Shown here piece by piece: positions 30,217 to 40,000 of a stretch of 64,000 nt of DNA. Numbering within the stretch: position 1 is the first letter of the stretch; every line of letters begins with the position of its first letter. The notes beneath the pieces were generated by a model. The model saw only the letters and a program-made list of their open reading frames with translations. It ran no database searches and was not told the origin of the DNA. The translations under genes and the position numbers were made by a program. Origin of the DNA: Balneolales bacterium (lineage in GTDB: Bacteria > Bacteroidota > Rhodothermia > Balneolales > HLUCCA01); NCBI GenBank assembly GCA_041749075.1, contig JBGTBY010000031.1, positions 20,342 to 84,341 on the forward strand. The letters run 5' to 3'.

Positions 30217-31449
30217 GTGAACCCGATACAACGAATCGCGACCCGATACCTGTTTTCCCGCCAGCAATTCACGCTGGTTGGGGCATTGACTTTGATCAGC
30301 ATTTCCGGCGTCACCATCGGCACCGCGCTGCTGATCATCGTGTTGTCGGTATTCAATGGGTTCTTCGATCTCATCATGGGCTTGCTTCGTTCATACGACC
30401 CCGATATCCGCATCGAATCGGCTGAAGGGGCGACGTTCACCTGGTCCGACTCGACGCTTCAGAATCTGAGGGATATCCCCGAAGTTCGCATCGTTTCGCC
30501 GTTTCTGGAGGGCAAAGCTATGCTGGCTTACCAGGGTGGTCGAGACAAGGTAGTGATTGTAAGGGGCATTGTACCACAGACCTTTTTCCAGATGGTGGAG
30601 GTGGATGCCGAACCGACCCAATCGGTATTGGATCTGGCTGTGAGGAACCGGATGCCCGGTGTTCTGATCGGCGATCAACTTCGCGGACAGTTAAATCTAG
30701 GTATTGGCGATCAGGTTTCGTTGCTCAGCGCAGTGGGCGTTCAGCGAAGCCTCACATCCTTCACCGGTCCGCGCTATTACACGTTCGACATCCGTGGCTT
30801 TTTCTATTTGCAACAATTGTTCGAAGGTTCGATCGCGTTCGTTGAGTTGGAAGCGGCCCAGCGCTTGTTCCTGCAACGGGACCAACTATCGGGCATCGAA
30901 ATCTCATTAAAAGATCCCGATACCGCATTCGATGTGCGAGATCGGATTCAAACCAAGCTTGGACCGAGTTACGTTGTGAATACCTGGTACGACTTGCAGA
31001 AAAACCTCTATGATGTGATGTACCTCGAAAAGTGGGTGGCCTATTTCATCCTGATGCTCATCGTGATCGTGGCTATTTTGAACATTATCGGGTCGATGAC
31101 GATGATCGTGATCCAAAAACGTCGTGATATCGGCGCGTTGATGGCGATGGGCTATACGACATCCCACATCCGCTACATCTTCCTCACACAAGGCGTGATG
31201 ATCGGGATGATCGGATGCGTGTTGGGCGGAAGTATCGGGCTCTCGCTGTCGTGGCTACAAAAAACGTATGGACTTGTAAAGTTGGCCGGAGCGGAAAATT
31301 TCATCATTCAAGCGTATCCGATTTCCATCCAACCGCTGGATGTGATCAGTGTCTTGTTCGTGAGCCTGTTCTTATGCATCGGTGCGAGCGCCTGGCCCGC
31401 CAGCGAAGCCGCGAAAGTGCTTCCAGCGGATGCGGTGAGGAATGAATAA
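30217..31449 (+). CDS. LolC/LolE-like ABC transporter permease (MacB/FtsX fold)
   Basis: N-terminus RIATRYLFSRQ...ISISGVTIGTALLIIVLSVFNGF, periplasmic domain, C-terminal FtsX-type 3-TM bundle; GTG start. Confidence 0.85.
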   Translation: MNPIQRIATRYLFSRQQFTLVGALTLISISGVTIGTALLIIVLSVFNGFFDLIMGLLRSYDPDIRIESAEGATFTWSDSTLQNLRDIPEVRIVSPFLEGKAMLAYQGGRDKVVIVRGIVPQTFFQMVEVDAEPTQSVLDLAVRNRMPGVLIGDQLRGQLNLGIGDQVSLLSAVGVQRSLTSFTGPRYYTFDIRGFFYLQQLFEGSIAFVELEAAQRLFLQRDQLSGIEISLKDPDTAFDVRDRIQTKLGPSYVVNTWYDLQKNLYDVMYLEKWVAYFILMLIVIVAILNIIGSMTMIVIQKRRDIGALMAMGYTTSHIRYIFLTQGVMIGMIGCVLGGSIGLSLSWLQKTYGLVKLAGAENFIIQAYPISIQPLDVISVLFVSLFLCIGASAWPASEAAKVLPADAVRNE

Positions 31450-31450
31450 G

Positions 31451-31545
31451 GAAAATTTTAAATTTTAAAGTATTCAATTTTAAATGTAGAGGCTTTAATC
31501 ATGTATAATCAAGCACTTAACATTTAAAATTTATCATTTAAAATT
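31451..31545. repeat. AT-rich intergenic hairpin element, diverged copy without the GC hairpin
   Basis: Lies between convergent gene ends. Perfect 12-bp inverted repeat AATTTTAAATGT (31476-31487) / ACATTTAAAATT (31520-31531). Shares blocks AATTTTAAAT, CACTTAAnATTTAAAATT and TCATTTAAAATT with the four copies at 52.9-59.0 kb. Confidence 0.6.
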
Positions 31546-31546
31546 A

Positions 31547-33178
31547 TCAATACAGATCCGGCAAATCATTCTCATACAGCACCACATCCCCGTCTTGCAG
31601 ATAGCCGCGTAAGAACTCATTCGCGGTGAAGAGGGTCGCTTCCACGCGAACGTTCTCCATCGAATAGCCAGTCGATAGCACGCCTTCCAAAATCGGTTTG
31701 CTGCGTTCTGCGCCCACGAGAATCACCAGATCCAAGGCTGCGTTTCCGATCACCTCGCCAAATCGACGGTTCTCGGCTTCTTCAATGTCGCCGAGTTCGA
31801 CCATGCCCGGGGTGACGATGATGCGGCGTCCGGTGTTGAACTGAGCCAGTACCTCTACGGCGTTCGCGGCACCTACCGGATTCGAATTGAACGCGTCATC
31901 AATCATCACCGCATTTCCGATGCGTTTCAGCTCCAATCGATGCTCTACCGGTTCGATGCGGGATGCGGCTAAGGCCATGGTCTGCAACCGCAATCCGAAA
32001 TGCAAGCCGACACCGAATCCGATCAGGATGTTATGAACATTATGCGCCCCAAGGAGTTTTGTAGATACTTCGGCTCGCTCCACTCCATCCAGAACCGCTG
32101 TAAAATGACATCCGGATGCGTCGTATCGGATGTGTTCGGCTTGGAGCCGGCCGGAGTGCAAGCCCACGGGTATCACCGAAATATCGTTGCGAGTCACTTG
32201 CGACATCACCCGATGATCGTCGCTGTTTACCACCGCAGTGCCGTTTTGGGGCAGATGACGAATGATCGCGCCCTTGGTATGCGCCACGTTCTCCACCGAT
32301 CCGAAGGTCTCCATATGCGCCAGACCCACATTCGTGAACACGCTCACGTCCGGACGGGCGATCTCGCACAGCTCATCGATATTGCCCGCATACCTCGCGC
32401 CCATCTCGAGAATCAGAATCTGATGCGAGGCATCGAGATCGTTATTGATCACCATCGTGATGCCCATCGGAGTATTGTAACTGCCCGGCGTGAAGCACAC
32501 ATTGTACCGCTCCGCGAGCAAGGTTTTGATCACGAATTTGGTGGATGTTTTTCCATAACTGCCCGTGATCGCCACGATCTTGAGATCGGGCATCGTGGCC
32601 AGTTTTTCTTTCGCTTTGCGGATGAAGCCTTTTTGGATGAGGCTCTCCACCGGCTTCATCACCCATCCCGCTACAAACAGAAAAAACGGTTGAAGCAGCG
32701 ATGCCGAAGCCAGTAGAAATGCCAAGATGTACGGATCCGGGAAGGCGGATGGAATCCGGTTTACCGTGATGAACGCCAGTACGGGCAATGCGGCGAACAG
32801 TAGGAGCGCAGGAATCAGGAGGCGCTTCACGCGAGCCGTGAAGGACAGTGGTTTTTTGGGTCGCGCCGTGTAGACCGAAATCGGTCCGAACCAGACGATC
32901 GCGAATAAGGACAGGATCCACACCGAAGAGGTTTCATTCAAGGTGGTTCTGCCTAGGAACATCATCGCCAGCAAGACCACATTGTAGAGCGCGAACGTGG
33001 GGGTAAGCACATACTCATTCCAATTCTGCTTGAGCCAGCTCCAGTACTCATTCAGTTTGTAGCCACTTTGCTGAAAACGATGCAAGAAAAAACGTCCGCG
33101 ATAGAGCCCATGGCGGATCAAAACCAACGCCATGAGCCATATCATGCCATGGACGATGAGTAGGTAGGTAGTGTACAT
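31547..33178 (-). CDS. MurF-like Mur ligase with an N-terminal ~180-aa polytopic membrane domain
   Basis: About 5 hydrophobic helices, then ITGSYGKTSTK (Mur P-loop), ILEMGA, GAHNVHN, DDAFNSNPVGA and TPGMVELG, collinear with MurF domains 2-3. The soluble MurF N-terminal domain is replaced. Confidence 0.8.
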   Translation of the reverse strand: MYTTYLLIVHGMIWLMALVLIRHGLYRGRFFLHRFQQSGYKLNEYWSWLKQNWNEYVLTPTFALYNVVLLAMMFLGRTTLNETSSVWILSLFAIVWFGPISVYTARPKKPLSFTARVKRLLIPALLLFAALPVLAFITVNRIPSAFPDPYILAFLLASASLLQPFFLFVAGWVMKPVESLIQKGFIRKAKEKLATMPDLKIVAITGSYGKTSTKFVIKTLLAERYNVCFTPGSYNTPMGITMVINNDLDASHQILILEMGARYAGNIDELCEIARPDVSVFTNVGLAHMETFGSVENVAHTKGAIIRHLPQNGTAVVNSDDHRVMSQVTRNDISVIPVGLHSGRLQAEHIRYDASGCHFTAVLDGVERAEVSTKLLGAHNVHNILIGFGVGLHFGLRLQTMALAASRIEPVEHRLELKRIGNAVMIDDAFNSNPVGAANAVEVLAQFNTGRRIIVTPGMVELGDIEEAENRRFGEVIGNAALDLVILVGAERSKPILEGVLSTGYSMENVRVEATLFTANEFLRGYLQDGDVVLYENDLPDLY

Positions 33179-33198
33179 GGGGGAAAATACGGATTAAA

Positions 33199-33261
33199 GA
33201 AGCTGGATGCGGGACGCTTGATGCTAGATGCGGGAAGCCAGATGCTGGATGCGGGAAGAAT
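33199..33261. repeat. Three tandem 21-bp repeats, core GCTGGATGCGGGA(AG)
   Basis: Cores at 33202, 33223 (GCTAGATGCGGGAAG) and 33244, exactly 21 bp apart, in the divergent intergenic region 33179-33334. Confidence 0.7.
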
Positions 33262-33299
33262 AGGTTTCACAACTTATGCGTAACTTTTCGACGAATAAT

Positions 33300-33324
33300 C
33301 ATCCAGCATTCATCATCCAGCATC
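33300..33324. promoter_or_regulatory. Two inverted copies (CATCCAGCAT) of the upstream repeat core, just before the 33335 start codon
   Basis: CATCCAGCAT at 33300-33309 and CATCCAGCATC at 33314-33324 are complementary to GATGCTGGATG of the tandem repeats. The second copy ends 10 nt before the ATG. Confidence 0.45.
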
Positions 33325-33334
33325 CCGCTTCTTT

Positions 33335-34336
33335 ATGAAACTCATCATCCCAATGGCCGGCAAGGGCACACGTTTGCGTCCGCATTCCCACACCACACCC
33401 AAACCATTGCTTCCTGTTGCGGGCATTTCCATCGTGGAGCGCATTGTGCTCACGTTCGGCCGCACCATCAATCGAAAAGTGGATGAGATCGCGTTCGTGT
33501 TGGGTGATTTCGGCGATGATGTGAAAAAAAGCCTGACGGAGATGGCCGAGCGCCAAGGTGCCACCGCATCCTTTTATGTCCAAAAAGAAGCCCGCGGAAC
33601 GGCACATGCCATTCATTGCGCGAAAGAATCGTTGGATGGGGAAGTGATCGTGGTATTCGCCGATACCTTGTTCGACACGAAGGAAATGGTGAATGTGGAT
33701 GGAGCCGACAGCGTGATCTGGCTCAAGCATGTGGAAGACCCATCGCGCTTTGGTGTGGCGGTTCATGATGCCGATGGACGCATCACCAGTTTCGTTGAAA
33801 AACCAAAAGAACTGATTTCAAACCTGGCCATCATCGGCGTGTATTATTTCAAAGACGGCGCCGGTTTGCGTCGCGAGATCCAGTATTTGCTGGATCACAA
33901 CATCACGGGTCATGGCAATGAGTATCAATTGACGGATGCGATCGACGCGTTGCTCAAACAAGGAAAAGTGTTCAAAGCGGCTACGGTGGATGAGTGGTTG
34001 GATTGCGGCACCGTTCCGGCTTGGTTGGAAACCACATCCACCATCATCGCGAAGGAATTCGGAAACTCGATGCCGGGTCCGTTTCCACGTACCGTGATCC
34101 ATCCGCCGGTGTACATCGGCGAGGGAGCAGTGATCGAGGGAAGTGAGATCGGTCCGAACGCGAGCATCGGCGCGGGATGTGTAATCCGCAACAGCCGCAT
34201 TTCAGACGCGATCGTGCTCGACAAATCGGTTGTGGAGCAATCCAAGCTCACTCAATCCACGATCGGAACGCATGCTCATGTGAATGGCTTCACGGGTAGT
34301 GTGAACATCAGCGACCACAGCGTGGTCAAGGGTTGA
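33335..34336 (+). CDS. Sugar-1-phosphate nucleotidyltransferase with C-terminal left-handed beta-helix
   Basis: N-terminal IIPMAGKGTRLRPHSHTTPKPLLPV (GxGTRxxP motif). C-terminal hexapeptide-like repeats (IGEGAVIEGSEIGPNASIGAGCVI). Confidence 0.8.
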   Translation: MKLIIPMAGKGTRLRPHSHTTPKPLLPVAGISIVERIVLTFGRTINRKVDEIAFVLGDFGDDVKKSLTEMAERQGATASFYVQKEARGTAHAIHCAKESLDGEVIVVFADTLFDTKEMVNVDGADSVIWLKHVEDPSRFGVAVHDADGRITSFVEKPKELISNLAIIGVYYFKDGAGLRREIQYLLDHNITGHGNEYQLTDAIDALLKQGKVFKAATVDEWLDCGTVPAWLETTSTIIAKEFGNSMPGPFPRTVIHPPVYIGEGAVIEGSEIGPNASIGAGCVIRNSRISDAIVLDKSVVEQSKLTQSTIGTHAHVNGFTGSVNISDHSVVKG

Positions 34337-35315
34337 TCGCGGCTTGAGATTTATCGACGATGTCGCGGATGATGGCATCGATTTCGTTTGTCGAATCCAA
34401 CACGGCTTTAAGGATGTCCTCACGCTCATTGTCTGAGACGATATCCTGTTCCAGCATGTTCACCAGCCCGATAAGCCGGGCGACCGGTGCGCGAACCACA
34501 TGCGATTGGGTCCAGGCGATGTCGCGAAGTTTCTTGTTCTGCTCTTCAATGGCATGCAGATACGCGATTTTCTCGGTCATGTCTGTCACTAGAACCAAGC
34601 GGGCCGCTACATTGTTGTAGTTGATAGTCGCAGTTTGGATTTCGACATAAATGAGATCCCCGTTTTTCTTGAGATGCCGAACGGTGTCGGTGTACGTTTC
34701 TTCGTGGCTGCGTGTCAATAGCTTGGGTATGTCGTCGCGATGGCGGATGTCGCCAACCGTCAAATTCAGAAATTCGTCTCGGGCATAGCCGTAATGCGCG
34801 ATGGCCGCATTGTTCACATCTAAAAAGCGGTTCGTCTCGATTTCATACACCCACATCGGAGCCGGACTCAGATGGAACAAATCCATGTACCGTTTTTCTG
34901 ATTCGATGAGCGATTGCAAATAGCGGAACCGTTCGATCGAATAAATCACGCTCTTGTACAGAATGAGAGAGGTGATGGTGTCTTTTACCAGATAATCGGA
35001 AACCCCTTGTGCGAGGGATTTCGTGGCGAAATCCAAGTCCGGATATCCGGTCAGAATCACGATCGGATAGCGTTGACTCAAGATTTTCGCCTCCTCGATC
35101 AGCTGTTCACGACTGATGTCGGGCAAGGATAGGTCCAATAACACAATGTCAAAACCACTGGTGCCAAGAAGCAAGGTCTTGGCCACTTTGAAACGTGTGA
35201 CATGTGTCAGTTTCGGGCTCTGGATATGTTCCAACAGGTAGTCTTCAACCAGAAGGTAATCGCCCGGGTTGTCTTCCACCACCAATATGGAATATGGGGT
35301 TTTATCCAGTTTCAT
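34326..35315 (-). CDS. Response regulator receiver - PAS - DHp/H-box protein lacking an ATPase domain
   Basis: REC (ILVVEDNPGD...IVLLDLSLPD), PAS (APMWVYEIETNRFLDVNNAAIAHYGY), then the H-box-like SHVVRAPVARLIGL. The protein ends about 50 aa later with no N/G boxes. Confidence 0.8.
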   Translation of the reverse strand: MKLDKTPYSILVVEDNPGDYLLVEDYLLEHIQSPKLTHVTRFKVAKTLLLGTSGFDIVLLDLSLPDISREQLIEEAKILSQRYPIVILTGYPDLDFATKSLAQGVSDYLVKDTITSLILYKSVIYSIERFRYLQSLIESEKRYMDLFHLSPAPMWVYEIETNRFLDVNNAAIAHYGYARDEFLNLTVGDIRHRDDIPKLLTRSHEETYTDTVRHLKKNGDLIYVEIQTATINYNNVAARLVLVTDMTEKIAYLHAIEEQNKKLRDIAWTQSHVVRAPVARLIGLVNMLEQDIVSDNEREDILKAVLDSTNEIDAIIRDIVDKSQAAINP

Positions 35316-35755
35316 GACGAAGGCGTTTTGGGCAACTTGACGAGTTGGATCCAGAAATCCTCAATTGAATAAACCGCTGTCAAGAATGCGTCCATCTCCA
35401 CTGGTTTGGTGATGTAGCAATTGGCGTGATTTCGGTAGGATAAATCAATATCGCGTTCGGATGAGGACGTGGTGAGCATGATGACGGGTATCTTTTTCGT
35501 CCGCTCATCATTTTTGATGATTTGCAAGACTTCATGCCCGTTCTTCAGAGGCAGATTCACATCCAGCAATATCAGATCGGGTAGACTCTCATGGGCGAAT
35601 TTGCCCTGTTGGAACACAAAATCCAGCGCTTCTTTGCCGTTTTTGGCAATGCTGATTCGGTTGATGAATTTGCGTTCTTGAAGGGCTTCCGTTGTGAGCA
35701 GGATATCGCCTTCATTGTCTTCGACGAGTAGGATATGTGCGCTTTTCATATGCAT
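35312..35755 (-). CDS. Single-domain CheY-like response regulator
   Basis: ILLVEDNEGD...LILLDVNLP...KPV. Start placed at 35755 (MHMKSAH...) to avoid the upstream kinase stop at 35763. The stop overlaps the next start by 4 nt. Confidence 0.85.
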   Translation of the reverse strand: MHMKSAHILLVEDNEGDILLTTEALQERKFINRISIAKNGKEALDFVFQQGKFAHESLPDLILLDVNLPLKNGHEVLQIIKNDERTKKIPVIMLTTSSSERDIDLSYRNHANCYITKPVEMDAFLTAVYSIEDFWIQLVKLPKTPSS

Positions 35756-35762
35756 AAGGTAT

Positions 35763-37052
35763 TCACGATTTCGGCAAGGTAAAATAAAATCGGCTGCCTT
35801 CGTCGACAACCGATTCAACCCTCACGTTACCACCCAGCAGGTCCACTGTTTTTTTGACGATGGCCAATCCGATTCCAGTGCCCGAATACTCGTTCCGGGC
35901 ATGAAGGCGTTGGAAGATCTCGAAAATCTTGTCGAAATAGTTCGATTCGATGCCGATACCGTTGTCTTCGACGCAGAGTTCCCAATGGGTTTTCTTTTCC
36001 TTCGCATGGATCCGAATCACCGGCTTCACACCGTCGCGGGAGTACTTGATCGCGTTCTCAAGCAGATTGTGGATTACCTGGGTGATCGAGGTTCTGCTGA
36101 CTCTGAGCTTGGGCAACTGGTCGCTCGTCAGATCCAGACCGATGGCGTTGAGGTGCTTTCTCCTGGTTTGTGTGAATTCATCCACCACCTCGTTTAGATC
36201 CACCCATTCCGTCGATGTCGATTCCTGGTCGGTTCGAGCATAGTCCAACAGATCTTGGATGATGTGCTTCATACGGTCGGCTCCGTCCACCGCGAAGTGG
36301 ATGTATTGATGCGCTCTCGCGTCGAGTTGGTCACGGTATTTCTTGTCGAGTTGGCTCATGAAGCTGGAGATCATCCGCAACGGTTCCTGCAGATCGTGGG
36401 AGGCCACGAAAGCGAAGCGCTCCAATTCGGTGTTCTTGTTCTCGAGTTTGTCGACGGTCTCTGCAAGGCCGTCGAACAGTTTGGGGATGAGGGCGGAGCA
36501 CAACAGGCTGAGGAACATCAGATTAGAGCTGATGAGCAGCCAGATCCCAGCATCAAATTGATTCACCTTCTCAACCGGCCCCAAATCAAAATGAAGCATT
36601 CCCGCAAAGCCCAAGCAAATGACGATGTTCAGCCATGACCAGTGATAGGAATACGCTCTTGGAAGAATCAATAAGGCGAATACCGTGGCGGCGTAAATGA
36701 ACAGCAAGCCCGGACCTTCAGGACCCACGTGAATCAACATCACCAAAGCAACGGCATAGGTGCTGAGAATGAAGATGAGTTTTCGAAGCTGAACGGTCAT
36801 GCCGGGAATGAACGCAAGGTACAGGCAGAGTCCGAACGCCACGAAATCAATCCCCGCAAGAAGGTATAAGCCGTTGTTCAGGCAGAACACGATGCTTGGA
36901 AGCAGGGCGATCAGACTGAACGGAATCACATAGACCAAGGTGTTGGCGAATAGAAGATTTCGCCAATAGGTGACACTTCCGGATACGGCTTCCGATTCCA
37001 CCAGATTATGTCGGTAAATGGCGTTCCGATAGGCTTCGAATAATGCGCTCAT
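35763..37052 (-). CDS. Membrane-bound sensor histidine kinase (about 6 TM + HisKA + HATPase_c)
   Basis: H-box FVASHDLQEPLRMISSF, N box NLLENAIKY, G1 DNGIGI, G2 GTGIGLA; hydrophobic N-terminal 200 aa. Confidence 0.9.
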   Translation of the reverse strand: MSALFEAYRNAIYRHNLVESEAVSGSVTYWRNLLFANTLVYVIPFSLIALLPSIVFCLNNGLYLLAGIDFVAFGLCLYLAFIPGMTVQLRKLIFILSTYAVALVMLIHVGPEGPGLLFIYAATVFALLILPRAYSYHWSWLNIVICLGFAGMLHFDLGPVEKVNQFDAGIWLLISSNLMFLSLLCSALIPKLFDGLAETVDKLENKNTELERFAFVASHDLQEPLRMISSFMSQLDKKYRDQLDARAHQYIHFAVDGADRMKHIIQDLLDYARTDQESTSTEWVDLNEVVDEFTQTRRKHLNAIGLDLTSDQLPKLRVSRTSITQVIHNLLENAIKYSRDGVKPVIRIHAKEKKTHWELCVEDNGIGIESNYFDKIFEIFQRLHARNEYSGTGIGLAIVKKTVDLLGGNVRVESVVDEGSRFYFTLPKS

Positions 37053-40000
37053 TCAGCCGGGATGGTAAAGGTGAATGTGCTTCCTTTGCCTTCAACAGAA
37101 TGGACCCAAATGGATCCGCCTAGGTTGTCCACGATTTTTTTCACGATCGCCAGCCCGATACCGGACCCCGTGTATTCGGTTTTGTCGTGCAGCCGTTGAA
37201 AGATGATGAAGATCTTATCATAATAGTCTTCCGATATGCCGATGCCGTTGTCGCTCACGGAGATTTCCCAAAAGCCGCCATTCTTTTTGGACTGTATCCG
37301 GATTTCCGGTTTCACACCGGTTTTGGCGTATTTGATGGCGTTATCCAGCAGGTTGTTCATCACTTGAGCCACTTGCGAGCGGTACGTGTTGAGCACCGGG
37401 AGTTTGCCGCAAATCACAAGAGCTGATTTTTCCTGAATCAGTTTCGCTCTCAACAATTGATATTCATCCACGAGGACTTTGAATTCGAATGTCACTTTGT
37501 CGGACGACAACCGACCGACGCGTGAAAACTCCAAGAGATCCAAGATGATGCCGCGCATCCGGTTGGCGCCATCTACAGCGAAATGGATGTATTGATGCGC
37601 TTTGGGATCGAGGCGGTCGCTATATTTCTTCTCGAGTTGAGACAGAAAGCTGGTGATCATCCGTAATGGCTCTTGCAAGTCGTGTGAGGCCACATAGGCG
37701 AATTGCTCGAGTTCGGCGTTCGACATCTCCAGTTCCTTGGTATGCTTCTGAAGTTGGTAATTCAGCTTCTTGAGCGAATCTTCATGGGTGCGGCGATAGG
37801 TGATGTCGGTCATGGCGCCCACCACTCGAATGACACGCCCTTTCGCATCCCGGATGAAGACGGCCCGGTCCATGACCGTCGCATAGGTTCCATCCGCTTT
37901 TAAGAACCGATACTCTTCAAACCAGTTTTTCGAATCGTGGTTTCCGAAGAAGTGCTCGATCTTCAAAACAATCCGCTCCCGGTCTTCGGGGTGAATCAGG
38001 CTGATCAACCGATCGAACGTCGGTTTTTCCATGTCCACATCGTATCCGAACTGGGTCCGGAACCCCTTCCCCCAAAACAATTCGTTTTTCGTGATCTCAT
38101 AATCCCAAATCGCATCGTTTGTGGCTTCGGTGACGATGTGGAATCGCTCGTTGGTTTCCCGGATTAACTCTTCAGACTTTTTACGCTGATGGATGTCTTG
38201 GAAACTTCCGTAGATGCGAACGCATGTACCGTCTCTGAATTCTGGCTTTCCGATCGTCCGGATCCAACGCTCATTTCCTTTGGCCGTGATGATCGGCAGT
38301 TCCAGATCCCAATTTTCATGATTCTGGATGGCCGTATTCACCGCGACCTCTATGATCGGTCTCATATCCGGACGATAAAAATCCAGACCCTTGCTCAGGT
38401 CGGGTACAAAGTCTTTGTCTACTTCGTGAATGTCTCGGGTGATGTCGGACCAAAACACCGTTCCTTTCACAAGATCCACTTCCCAGCTACCGATAATGGC
38501 CAGTTTGGCGGCGTTATCGAACAATTCCTGAAGTCGGATCATATCAGTCATATTCCGACCATAGGCATAAATAAACCCATCTTCGCCGAACACAACCGAT
38601 GAATTCCACGAAATCCAAATCACATCACCCGTTTTGCTGATGTATCGGTTGATGACGTTATTGGCAGAGGGTTTTCCCAGATCGTCTGGGTGCATGAATG
38701 TCTCGAAAGGTTGCGTGGTGAGTTCCTCTTCGGAATAACCGGTTAGAGCGCAGAACACCGGGTTCACTTTCACGAAATGCCCTTTTGGGGATGCGATGGC
38801 GAGGATGTCGGGCGAGCTGCTGAAAAAGTGATGTAGCTCGTTTTCCTGCTGCTTGCGTTTGATTTCGGCCCCGAGAATGGATTCAAGTGGAGTGAACACA
38901 TCAAACTGACCGTTCATTTCCTGCTGAATCAGAGTCGATCCGAACATCAACACACCAATGCATTCCTCATTATGACGCAAAGGAATGGCGAAAGCCGATT
39001 TCAGCCCTGCGATTTTAGCCGCATCTCGCCGCAAAAACTCTGTCTTAGTATCGATATCGGTCCAAATATGCCGTTTGGGATTCTTCCATACGGTTCCAGG
39101 TAGACCCTCTCCCATTTTGAACTGACGTATGGATTTAGATTGCTTGAAATAGGTCTTGCCTTGTTTGGATGTCTGGTAGATCGACATCAGGTTCAGTACC
39201 GTGCTGTCGTAGTTCTTCAACCAGATTTCACCGGTTTCAAATCCTCCGAATTTGGACAGATATGCCAGGACGTTGGTCAATGTGGAGTCCAGATCCGTAT
39301 TTTCTTTGAAGAGTTCGGCCAATTCTCGCTGGACAGACAATTGGATTTTTTTTAGTTGCTCGTTCGACACATCGCGTAAGACGCCGATCATTCGAATCGG
39401 AGCGCCTTTTGCGTCGCGGATCATGTATCCGATCTCATCCACATAGGCATAAGACCCATCCGACCGTCTGAAACGGAAGGAATTGGTCCAATTCTGTTTC
39501 TGCCGATCGTTGAAGAAATCAAGCCAAGGCGACTCGTGTTCTGTTGAATCTTCGGGATGAGTGAGGGCGATCCAATCATTCAATCGGAACGGGCTTTCCG
39601 ATTTCGGATGACCGAATAGGCGATGGAACCCATCACCCCAAGAAAAGTCATCGTTCACCACATCCCAATCGTAGATCGCGTCGGATGTGGCTTTGGTCAC
39701 ATATTCGAACCGTTCGTTGCTGTCATAGAGGGCTTGACTACGATGATGGCTTTCCATGATCACGCCTAAGAGCGAAGCGGATCGAAGGAACAATTCCAAC
39801 TCTTTCTCGCTGGGCGCTTTCTTCTGATGGAAATAATAGGCAAAGGTGGCCATGACCCGACCCTTCGAATCGAAAATCGGTTGAGACCAACACGCTTTGA
39901 TGCCGTGCGACAGGGCGTCTTTCCGGAAGGATTTCCACTTCGGATCCGTTGCGATGTCGCTGACGATCACCGGTTTGCCGGTGTACGCGGCGGTTCCGCA

